Source: an uncultured Gammaproteobacteria bacterium | Lineage (GTDB): Bacteria; Patescibacteriota; Patescibacteriia; Patescibacteriales; GWE2-39-37 | Direction: 5' to 3' | DNA length: 64,000 nt | Assembly: GCA_964443495.1 (NCBI GenBank) | Contig: CAYUCS010000002.1 | Span: 23,740-87,739 of the forward strand | In this document: piece by piece, positions 45,630 through 52,694 of the stretch | Numbering within the stretch: the stretch's first letter is position 1 | How the letters are laid out: each line of letters opens with the position of its first letter | Program-made: the position numbers and the translations under genes | The notes under the pieces: model-generated | The model's input: only the letters and a program-made list of their open reading frames with translations | Told to the model about the DNA's origin: nothing | Database searches by the model: none

Positions 45630-45941
45630 TCCAAATTAAGGCACAAGCTTAAAGAAACTAGGAAGCGAGCAGGCCCTTAGCTGTAATTGTCGGAGCGAGC
45701 TCTCGGATTCGCTTCAGGCGCTTGCCTGACATTTGAAGTGGGAGAGATTAAAAGTAAGCGTGAAATATTTAGAACTATCAGCTCGGAGTTCGTTTTAACC
45801 AATAAACAATCAGGCCCCACGCCAAATTATTGGATCCAGATCATTGCAGATGGAAATAAGGAAATGACAAACTCAGAACTAACTGATTTAGATCAAAATA
45901 ACAGAATAACAGCTGATATTTCAGTCACCCTTCCAGCCTAG
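45630..45941 (+). pseudogene. disrupted XRE-family helix-turn-helix gene remnant
   Basis: The frame reads SKLRHKLKETRKRAGP*L*LSERALGFASGACLTFEVGEIKSKREIFRTISSEF. This resembles the XRE HTH pattern (LRxLRxxxGLSxxxLAxxxGxSxxxISxxExG) but carries two in-frame stops at 45678 and 45684. Confidence 0.3.
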
Positions 45942-45942
45942 C

Positions 45943-46164
45943 GCGGGGTGAAGGAACTTCGCCTCAACTGCGCTTCCGCTCCGTCTTCGTTGCCCTGGGC
46001 AGCGCTGAATGTTCCCTATTCGGTCACATTCATCGGCGTTCGGCTAAACTTTCTGCCGACAGAAATTCGGCAGAAAGTTTGCCTCACTGCTGCCCGTTCG
46101 ATTCCTTCACGTCTCCTATATCAAAAAGCAAGGCGCACCAGATTACTGGTGCGCCTTGCTTTTT
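45943..46164 (+). ncRNA. candidate structured RNA (right, well-preserved copy of the repeat unit), convergent with tRNA-Trp
   Basis: P1 pairs 45948-45956 GTGAAGGAA with 46102-46110 TTCCTTCAC. P2 pairs 45997-46003 GGGCAGC with 46089-46095 GCTGCCC. The P3 hairpin pairs 46006-46012 with 46026-46032. The P4 hairpin (17 bp, one bulge) pairs 46042-46059 with 46067-46083. It ends in the shared terminator. The 5' end is the reverse complement of the tRNA-Trp acceptor/T-stem 3' strand. Confidence 0.35.
46128..46164. terminator. bidirectional intrinsic terminator shared by tRNA-Trp and the candidate RNA
   Basis: GCAAGGCGCACCAG-ATTA-CTGGTGCGCCTTGC is a 14-bp perfect stem flanked by A5 and T5 runs. Confidence 0.7.
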
Positions 46165-46237
46165 GGCACGGGGTGAAGGAATCGAACCCTCGCCATAGGT
46201 TTTGGAGACCCACGTACTACCATTATACTAACCCCGC
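46164..46237 (-). tRNA. tRNA-Trp (anticodon CCA), CCA end encoded
   Basis: I folded the cloverleaf by hand. The acceptor is GCGGGGU/ACCCCGU, the anticodon stem-loop is UGGGU-CUCCAAA-ACCUA, the T-arm is GAGGG-UUCGAUU-CCUUC, and the 3' end is GCCA. Confidence 0.9.
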
Positions 46238-46282
46238 AAAATCAGAGCTCAAAAATGATTTTGAGCTCTGAGCAAAATGCTT

Positions 46283-46438
46283 TTATTTGGTTTCCTTGTG
46301 GCCGGTGTGCTTGCCGCAGTGCTTGCAGAACTTGTTCATTTCCAAGCGCGTCTTCAAAGTCTTCTTGTTCTTGCGCGAGAAATAATTGATCGTCTTGCAT
46401 TCGGTGCACTCCAGCTTGATCATGTTATCTTGGCTCAT
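46283..46438 (-). CDS. rpmG: 50S ribosomal protein L33
   Basis: The translation is [51 protein letters not shown] (51 aa). It has the CxxC...CxxC zinc ribbon and the L33 C-terminal HKETK. It is shorter than the ORF-track cut-off. Confidence 0.85.
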   Translation of the reverse strand: MSQDNMIKLECTECKTINYFSRKNKKTLKTRLEMNKFCKHCGKHTGHKETK

Positions 46439-46521
46439 ATGCTTTGTTTCGATTAATATGCAGTCCGCTTGGTTGCCGGCATTTCAGCCGAAGGTAGGCG
46501 CAAGCAAGTGAAGACTGTTTC

Positions 46522-46543
46522 GGTGGGCCGAGCATGATTCGAA
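46522..46543 (-). repeat. duplicated 3' fragment of tRNA-Tyr (T-loop to acceptor) in the rpmG upstream region
   Basis: GTGGGCCGAGCATGATTCGAA (46523-46543) is identical, 21 of 21, to 46629-46649 at the 3' end of the intact tRNA-Tyr ~85 nt away. It is followed by a GGGGTTAAACCCC hairpin. Confidence 0.6.
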
Positions 46544-46629
46544 GGGGTTAAACCCCACGCCGAAAGGCATTTTCTCCTACATACTCAGCTCATCAAAAAG
46601 AATAATTGCAAATGCAATTTTCCTTTTTG

Positions 46630-46712
46630 TGGGCCGAGCATGATTCGAACATGCGAAGGCGAAAGCCAGCAGATTTACAGTCTGCCCCAGTTGACCGCTT
46701 TGGTATCGACCC
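46630..46712 (-). tRNA. tRNA-Tyr (anticodon GUA), long variable arm, CCA not encoded
   Basis: In my hand fold the acceptor is GGGUCGA/UCGGCCC, the anticodon arm is GCAGA-CUGUAAA-UCUGC, the variable arm is UGGCUUUCGCCUUC, and the T-arm is GCAUG-UUCGAAU-CAUGC. Confidence 0.85.
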
Positions 46713-46728
46713 CCAGTTTAAAAAACTG

Positions 46729-46800
<72 letters not shown>

Positions 46801-46875
46801 TTAATGCTTAAAACAAAAATAACAACCCCGTATTTTATCTTATATTTTCCGTTGGGGTTATTATCTAGCTTTTGG

Positions 46876-47748
46876 CTAAATTTCGTCAATTTGTCGCTTA
46901 AATTCGCTTAATTTCTGGTTCTCTGGGTTGACCTTGAGGAACCGGTCATAAGCTTCCAGCGCCAAGACTTTATCCTTTATTATTATACTGATTCTTAGCG
47001 TAGTGTCAAGATAACGGGGATTATTGGGTTCGAGCTTCAGGGCCTGCTTCATGTTGTCGCAGGCGCTGAACATGTCGCCGGTCTCTTCATAGACCAAAGC
47101 CAGATGGTAATAGGTCTGGGCGCGCTGGTTGTTGATTTCGATTGAGCGCAGGTAGTCGTCCTTGGCCAGCTCCAGGTTGCCCGAAGCCTGGGCCACCAGG
47201 GCCAGGTCCTCGTAGGCTTCTTCGTCGTCGGCCTTCAATTTCAGGATATGCTCGAAAGTCTGCTTGGCTTCTTCCAGATCCTTGCGCTCGACATACAGAT
47301 GACCCAAGGCCTTGAAGGCTTTGATGTTCTTTGAATCCAGGCCGATGATTTCGATCAGCTTCTTCTCTGCCGCGTTGTAATCCTCTTGGCGGCGCAGCTC
47401 TTCCGATTCTTCGTACAGGGCGAGGATGCGTTTCTCCATATCCTCTGGCGTCGAGGGCTGTTCGGTACGATATTTCTCCTTGAGGTCGTGCAGCTTGGCG
47501 TAGAGCGATTTCATGACTTCTGAAAGCCAGCCGAAAACCGGCCGGGTGACGCGCGCGACCTTGGCATACCACTTCAAGACATTGCGCTTCAAGCGGTTGC
47601 TCAAAATCCGCTCCTTGAAGCGGGCCTCTTTTTCTGCCGGAATGTTCTCAACGTCAAGACTGGCCAGGGCGGGAAATTTCCTGATGGCGATCACCGCCAT
47701 CACGCCGAAACTGACCAGCATCAGGACTAACGGGATAATATCGTACAT
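46876..47748 (-). CDS. membrane-anchored tetratricopeptide-repeat (TPR) protein
   Basis: It has an N-terminal TM helix (IIPLVLMLVSFGVMAVIAI). Several 34-aa TPR-like repeats follow, with patterns such as AxxxYxxALxxxP and YYHLALVYEETGD. Confidence 0.75.
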   Translation of the reverse strand: MYDIIPLVLMLVSFGVMAVIAIRKFPALASLDVENIPAEKEARFKERILSNRLKRNVLKWYAKVARVTRPVFGWLSEVMKSLYAKLHDLKEKYRTEQPSTPEDMEKRILALYEESEELRRQEDYNAAEKKLIEIIGLDSKNIKAFKALGHLYVERKDLEEAKQTFEHILKLKADDEEAYEDLALVAQASGNLELAKDDYLRSIEINNQRAQTYYHLALVYEETGDMFSACDNMKQALKLEPNNPRYLDTTLRISIIIKDKVLALEAYDRFLKVNPENQKLSEFKRQIDEI

Positions 47749-47755
47749 AGTTTAT

Positions 47756-48622
47756 TTATTTCTTCGGTTTGGGAATGCAGAAGGCGCTGCCGAAAACTTT
47801 CATCTTGCCGGACACCACCGCTTCGACCGCGGCGATCGTCGGTGAAAGCAAATTGCGCGGGTCGGTCTCGTCAGGATGCTCTTTGCAGTTCTTGATCAGG
47901 GTCTCGCAAAAAGCCACTTTGATGTCCGTACCGATGTTTATGATATCGACTCCGGCCTTGATGGAATCCTTCATCTCCTTTTCATCGTTGCCGGAACCCC
48001 CATGAAGGACAAACGGTATCTTAACTTTTTCCTTGATTTTACGCAAGAGCTCCAAATCGATGGCTTCGTTGGTATAGGCTCCGTGGGCGGTGCCGATGGC
48101 AGCCGCGATGGAATCGATGCCTGTCTCCTCGACGAAGCGGATCACGTCCTCGAGCTTGGCTTTGGGAATATCGATCTCGCCGCCGACGCTGCCGTGGCCG
48201 CCGACCATGGCGCCGACCTCGCCCTGCACCCAGACGCCCTTGCTGTGGCCGAATTCGACCACCTGCTTGGTCAAGGCGATGTTCTCGTCAATGGGCAATT
48301 CCGAGGCGTCGATCTGCACCGAGCTGAAGCCGGCGTTGATGCACTCGACGATGGAGGCGAAGCTCTTGCCATGGTCGAGATGCAAAGCGATCGGCACGTC
48401 CGGGGCGATGTTCTTGGCCACGGTGGACACGATATGCGTGACCGGCTTCAAGCCCAGATATTTGATGGTGCTCTCGGAAACCTGGATGATAGCTGGCGAG
48501 CAAGTGTTTTGGGCGGCGTGGGCGACGCCCAGGGCCGTCTCGACGTTATGGATATTGAACGCGCCGACGGCGTAGCCTTTCTTGCGCGCGTCTTCGACGA
48601 TATTCTTGATGTGGACTAGCAT
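47756..48622 (-). CDS. fba: class II fructose-bisphosphate aldolase
   Basis: It has PIALHLDHG, HGGSG and GAFNIHN. The protein is 288 aa. Confidence 0.9.
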   Translation of the reverse strand: MLVHIKNIVEDARKKGYAVGAFNIHNVETALGVAHAAQNTCSPAIIQVSESTIKYLGLKPVTHIVSTVAKNIAPDVPIALHLDHGKSFASIVECINAGFSSVQIDASELPIDENIALTKQVVEFGHSKGVWVQGEVGAMVGGHGSVGGEIDIPKAKLEDVIRFVEETGIDSIAAAIGTAHGAYTNEAIDLELLRKIKEKVKIPFVLHGGSGNDEKEMKDSIKAGVDIINIGTDIKVAFCETLIKNCKEHPDETDPRNLLSPTIAAVEAVVSGKMKVFGSAFCIPKPKK

Positions 48623-48643
48623 GGGTTGTACTTTGATGAATAG

Positions 48644-49435
48644 TTAAGCGCAGCAAGTCAGCATGGCTTTGGCCACCTTGTGGAATTCCTTGGCGTCCAA
48701 GCTGGCGCCGCCGACCAAGAGGCCGTCGATGTTCTCGAGATTGACGAAATCCTTGACGTTCTTGCTCGAGATGCTGCCGCCGTAGATAATCTGGAAGTTG
48801 TTGCTGGAAATCTGCGGGCCGAACATATCGTTCAAGGTCAGCTTGATGATCTTGTGGGCATAGACCGCCTCCTCCGGCTCAATGGTAATGCCGGAGCCGA
48901 TCGCCCAGATCGGTTCATAGGCGATGATAATGCGCTGATTCTCGAGCAGATTGATGCCGCCGAGCGACTGCTGCAGCTGATGGACCAGCACGAAGTCGCG
49001 GCGATCGGTCTTGCGCTCATCTTCGCTCTCGCCGATGCAGACGATCGGGGTCAGGCCGTCGGTATTGATCACGGCCTTGAGTTTCTGGTGGATCATCTCG
49101 TAGTTCTCCAGCATGTACTTGCGGCGCTCGGAGTGGCCGATGATGACATATTCGCAGCCGGCCTCAAGCAGCATGCTGGCCGAAATCTCGCCGGTATAGG
49201 CGCCCCTGTCCTCCCAGAAGATATCCTGAGCGCCGACGGCTACAGGCGTGTCCTTGAGGACTTCTTTCACTTCTTTGATCGAGAGGAAATTCGGGCAGAC
49301 GCCGACACGCCCCTTTTTGACGTCCGTAAACAAGGTTTTCATCTCTTCGGCCAAAGCCACGCTCTCCTTGAGCCCGAGCTTCATCTTCCAGTTGGCAACG
49401 ACGACTTTAGGGCGCTGCTTATTATCTTTTTCCAT
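48644..49435 (-). CDS. tpiA: triose-phosphate isomerase
   Basis: It has VVANWKM, IIGHSERR, AYEPIWAIGSG and GGASL. Confidence 0.9.
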   Translation of the reverse strand: MEKDNKQRPKVVVANWKMKLGLKESVALAEEMKTLFTDVKKGRVGVCPNFLSIKEVKEVLKDTPVAVGAQDIFWEDRGAYTGEISASMLLEAGCEYVIIGHSERRKYMLENYEMIHQKLKAVINTDGLTPIVCIGESEDERKTDRRDFVLVHQLQQSLGGINLLENQRIIIAYEPIWAIGSGITIEPEEAVYAHKIIKLTLNDMFGPQISSNNFQIIYGGSISSKNVKDFVNLENIDGLLVGGASLDAKEFHKVAKAMLTCCA

Positions 49436-49488
49436 GATATCGCGTTAAAAAATTAATCGTACAATATATATTATAGCACGCCTAGCCG

Positions 49489-50517
49489 CTATTGCCAGCG
49501 ATAATTGCGGTAGGTCCAATCGGCCAGGCGGTAGGCTTCGTGGAAACGGGAGGAGTCGCTCGGGCTGCCCAGAATGACCGAGATGACCGGATTTCGGCTA
49601 GAATTAGCGAACATTCCAACAAAGCAATATCCTGCCTTGATGATGTGTCCGGTCTTGCCGCCAAGCAATGTTATGCCCTGTTCCAGCTCCCCGTCGAGCA
49701 GCTGGTCGGTGCTTTGCGCCACCACTTCCTTGCCAGCCAAAGTCTTGGTGCGGTAAGTGTCGGTCAGGGTCGCGTCTTTGATTTCCTTCTGCGCCAAGGC
49801 GGTCTTGGCGATCAAAGCGACCTCTTGGGCATTCGAAACGTTCTGATCGGACAAGCCGACCACGTCGGCGAACGAGCTCTGGGTCAAGCCCAGGTCGCGC
49901 ATCTTCTCGTTCATCTTGGCGACGAACTCCTCGGTCGTCAGGCCGGTCGAATTGGCCAGGGCGACGGTTTCGCTATTGCCCGAAGCGACAAGGCTCAGGT
50001 AGAAAAGATCGCGGACTTTGACCTGGTCGCCGTTGAACAGGTAGATCTTGCCGCCCTCGCGGCGATCGCTAGGCTTCATCTGATAGACCTTGTCCCAGCC
50101 GGGGTTGTGGTCGAGGAAGACCATGGCCGTTACCAGCTTGGTAATGCTGGCGATCGGCCAGACGGCCTTCTCGTTCTTGGCGAAGAGCACCATCTCGTTG
50201 ACGCCGTCAAGGACGATGCTCGATGAAGCGTTGACCGACGGAGCTGACGAGCTGGCATCGCGCCGGACAGGCATGCGCAAGCCGGCGACTGGCAAGCCGT
50301 TGTTGGTCAGGCGCAGCATCTGCTGATGGCCGATCAAGGCAAGAGCGGTCCGGCCGACGATCAGCTCAGTCGACCAGTGCACGGCCTTGTCGATCTTCTC
50401 CTTCCCGATCCACGGCAAAATCGGTTCCTGCGGCAAGTGCCAATAGGAAACGTTGAAAGAGACATTTAAGAAAAATATGGAGGAGATCACTCCCCCTAGA
50501 AGACTGGCTAAAAACAT
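49489..50517 (-). CDS. D-alanyl-D-alanine carboxypeptidase (S11 serine peptidase, PBP5/DacB-like)
   Basis: It has an N-terminal TM/signal segment and the motifs SITKLVT (SxxK), SGN and KTG (GGKTGH). Confidence 0.8.
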   Translation of the reverse strand: MFLASLLGGVISSIFFLNVSFNVSYWHLPQEPILPWIGKEKIDKAVHWSTELIVGRTALALIGHQQMLRLTNNGLPVAGLRMPVRRDASSSAPSVNASSSIVLDGVNEMVLFAKNEKAVWPIASITKLVTAMVFLDHNPGWDKVYQMKPSDRREGGKIYLFNGDQVKVRDLFYLSLVASGNSETVALANSTGLTTEEFVAKMNEKMRDLGLTQSSFADVVGLSDQNVSNAQEVALIAKTALAQKEIKDATLTDTYRTKTLAGKEVVAQSTDQLLDGELEQGITLLGGKTGHIIKAGYCFVGMFANSSRNPVISVILGSPSDSSRFHEAYRLADWTYRNYRWQ

Positions 50518-50532
50518 AATCGAACGTCTTGT

Positions 50533-51084
50533 TTATACTGCAACCTCCGGCTGCTCCAGCATGCGGTCTATCGTGTCATCCTTATGCAAACGTTCATAAT
50601 CGGGCAACTCCTTAACGTCGTTCAAGCCCAAGAAACGGATAAAATCGAAGGTGACGGAAAAATAGGCATCATCTTTGGTCTTGTCGTGCTTGCTCTCGAT
50701 CAAACCGCGCAAAAGCAGGTTACGCAGGATCAGGCTACAATTGATGCCGCGGATGCGGTCGATGTCGAGCTTGGAAATCGGCCCGCGGTAAGCGATGATA
50801 GTCAGCGTCTCGAGGCTCGGCCGCGACAGCTCGCCGGTCGTCTCGTCCTTGATGAAGTCCTGGATCAGCTTGGCATTCTCCGGGGCACTGACCATCTGCA
50901 AGCTGTTGCCGTTGCGGATGATCTGCATGCCGCTGCCCGATTGCTTGTACTGCTCGATCATCTCTTCCCCGGCTTTCTCCACGTCCTTGGCCGGCACGCC
51001 GGTCAGATCGGAGATGGTCTTCAAGGTCATGGCCTTGGCGGAGATAAACAGGAGCGACTCGATTTGTGATTTTAAGTTATTCAT
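50533..51084 (-). CDS. scpB: segregation and condensation protein B
   Basis: It has the ScpB winged-helix pattern (IESLLFIS, LETLTIIAYRGPISKLDIDRIRG) and lies directly downstream of scpA. Confidence 0.85.
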   Translation of the reverse strand: MNNLKSQIESLLFISAKAMTLKTISDLTGVPAKDVEKAGEEMIEQYKQSGSGMQIIRNGNSLQMVSAPENAKLIQDFIKDETTGELSRPSLETLTIIAYRGPISKLDIDRIRGINCSLILRNLLLRGLIESKHDKTKDDAYFSVTFDFIRFLGLNDVKELPDYERLHKDDTIDRMLEQPEVAV

Positions 51085-51102
51085 AATGATTTCAATTTTA
51101 TA

Positions 51103-51807
51103 TTAAAGCCTGCTTATCTCGATCTCGCCGAACATCTCGTCCTGGGTGGCGTCCACTTGGCGCATGCGCACCAACTCGAGCATGGCAAGGAAGCTGACGA
51201 TGATTTCAGTCTTGTTCTCGGCCTGCTCGATCAGCTGGTTGAAGCCGACCTTCATGCGTTCGAGCAGGCGCTGCTCGATCAGCAATATCTTCTCCTCGAT
51301 ATTGATCTTGCGTTCGAGCGTCCTTTCCTCCAGGGCGGTCTCGGCCGGCTTGATGCGGGTCAGGAGCTCGTCGAAGACGGTGGCAATCAGGCTCTTGGTC
51401 AGGTTTTTCGGCGGCGAGAACTGGTTATCGACATACATCGCCGCTTTGCGATTGAACGGGCGGGCGAACATGAAGTGCTTCTTGCCGATCATGGCGGCAA
51501 TTACCTTGGTCGCCTCCAGGAACTCCTGATACATCTTGAGCTGGTCTTCGAGTTCCTTGATTTCCTCCTCTTCTTCCGGATACAGGTATGGCAGCAGGGC
51601 TTTCGACTTGATCAGCAGGAGTCTGGCTGCGACCACCAAAAAATCGGCCATCTCCTCGGGGTTGGCCTCGGACATCGCCTTGATGTAGAACATATATTGG
51701 TCCGCCACCTTAGCCAAGCTGACCTGGGTGATGTCGAGCTCCTCCTTCTCGATCAACTGGTAGAGGAGCGATAACGGACCTTCGAATTTGTCGAGCTTAA
51801 TTATCAT
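51103..51807 (-). CDS. scpA: segregation and condensation protein A
   Basis: FEGPLSLLYQLIEKEELDITQVSLAKVADQY is the ScpA N-terminal signature. I chose the ATG at 51807; the track starts at a TTG at 51819. Confidence 0.85.
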   Translation of the reverse strand: MIIKLDKFEGPLSLLYQLIEKEELDITQVSLAKVADQYMFYIKAMSEANPEEMADFLVVAARLLLIKSKALLPYLYPEEEEEIKELEDQLKMYQEFLEATKVIAAMIGKKHFMFARPFNRKAAMYVDNQFSPPKNLTKSLIATVFDELLTRIKPAETALEERTLERKINIEEKILLIEQRLLERMKVGFNQLIEQAENKTEIIVSFLAMLELVRMRQVDATQDEMFGEIEISRL

Positions 51808-51810
51808 TGC

Positions 51811-51920
51811 AATTTTCAATGATCAATTTACAATTTCCAATCAATGTATCAATGCAACAATTTTCAAACTTAATTGAAAAATTGAAAATTCATTGAAAAT
51901 TGATAATTGTAAATTGAAAA
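51811..51920. repeat. array of ATTGAAAAT/ATTTTCAAT 9-mers in inverted halves (scpA upstream region)
   Basis: The plus strand carries ATTGAAAA at 51873, 51881, 51892 and 51913, plus degenerate ATTGATAA and ATTGTAAA. The reverse-complement form AATTTTCAA occurs at 51811 and 51859, and CAATTTCCAA at 51831. Confidence 0.5.
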
Positions 51921-52559
51921 TTATTTTTTCTTTACAGGTTTCTTCGCTGCAACCTTTTTAACAGTCGGCTTGGCCTTCGGCTTCGCTGCAACCTTCTTTA
52001 TCTTCTTGACCACGCGCTTCACGCCGAACTTCGCTACCATCGCCTGCTCGCCCTTGATGAAATCCTTGACCGCCGCTTCGATCGAATGGTTGGCGTTGCC
52101 GGCGGAGAAGATCGCCTTCTTGGCCTTGGCCAGATTCTCGTCGATGATAACCGGCAAGTTATGTAAGCCGCCGAACGCGGTCAGCGCCTGATTCTTGGTC
52201 TTAGTGACCTGCGCCACTATCTCTTCGCCCGGGATCTTGATTACCTTGATGGCTTTCTTGGTCTGCTTGCCGATGGCGGCCTGCAGTTTCTTGATATCCA
52301 AATTCTGATCAGCCGGCAAGATGACGACGAAGTAATCCTGATCCGCTTTGACCAGCAGCGACTTGGCGATTTCCGAAAGCTTGCGCTTCAGGGTCTGAGC
52401 GGCATCAAAAGCCGTATAGACCGTCTTGTGGGCGATGACCTCATGCGGCACGCCAGCCTTTTCAAGATAGGCGATGACCTTGGGTGAGATCGGCAAGACT
52501 TTAGCGGCTTTTTTTGGCTTTTTTTCGCTATTTTTTTTGGCTGCTGGTTTCTTGACCAT
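51921..52559 (-). CDS. YbaK/ProX-type aminoacyl-tRNA deacylase domain flanked by Lys/Ala-rich tails
   Basis: The central part is YbaK-like (VIAHKTVYTAFDAAQ...SLLVKAD...FVVILPADQNLDIKKL). The N-terminus reads MVKKPAAKKNSEKKPKKAAK and the C-terminus reads KKIKKVAAKPKAKPTVKKVAAKKPVKKK. Confidence 0.7.
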   Translation of the reverse strand: MVKKPAAKKNSEKKPKKAAKVLPISPKVIAYLEKAGVPHEVIAHKTVYTAFDAAQTLKRKLSEIAKSLLVKADQDYFVVILPADQNLDIKKLQAAIGKQTKKAIKVIKIPGEEIVAQVTKTKNQALTAFGGLHNLPVIIDENLAKAKKAIFSAGNANHSIEAAVKDFIKGEQAMVAKFGVKRVVKKIKKVAAKPKAKPTVKKVAAKKPVKKK

Positions 52560-52694
52560 ACGATTATAATCGAACGAAGTTCGATTCTTAATGAATAATA
52601 GCCTTAATTACCCTTATTATAACCGACTTTGCGGCTTCTGGCAAAATAAAAAAAGGGGATGCAAGAGCATCCCCGGACAGCACCATTCGCATGA

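Larger units (their letters stand above)
41954..46163. mobile_element. putative integrated genomic island at tRNA-Trp (AT-rich core, no recognisable integrase)
   Basis: There is an abrupt drop in GC across about 41.95-45.64 kb, visible by eye. The region is bracketed by direct repeats (structured element + terminator + tRNA-Trp 3' part). Its cargo is a defence-like gene pair. Confidence 0.5.

Noticed and set aside
41954-45942. Prophage interpretation of the AT-rich island.
   Set aside because: The ~4 kb contains no integrase, capsid, terminase, tail or lysis genes, only the two-gene module and a decayed HTH gene. A small defence island or remnant fits better.
45943-46164. Idea that the repeat unit is a tmRNA or a tRNA-like gene, because of the GUUCGAUUCC T-loop-like sequence and 5'/3' end pairing.
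   Set aside because: It is far too short for a tmRNA. It has no tag ORF or resume codon context and no acceptor stem ending in CCA. The T-stem flanking the loop does not pair on the plus strand. It is reported instead as an unclassified candidate RNA.
51811-51920. Possible CRISPR array or replication origin, suggested by the short repeats.
   Set aside because: The repeat period of 8-11 bp has no unique spacers, so it is not CRISPR. No DnaA-box-like TTATCCACA motifs or dnaA/dnaN neighbours are present, so an origin is unsupported. It is kept only as a motif array.
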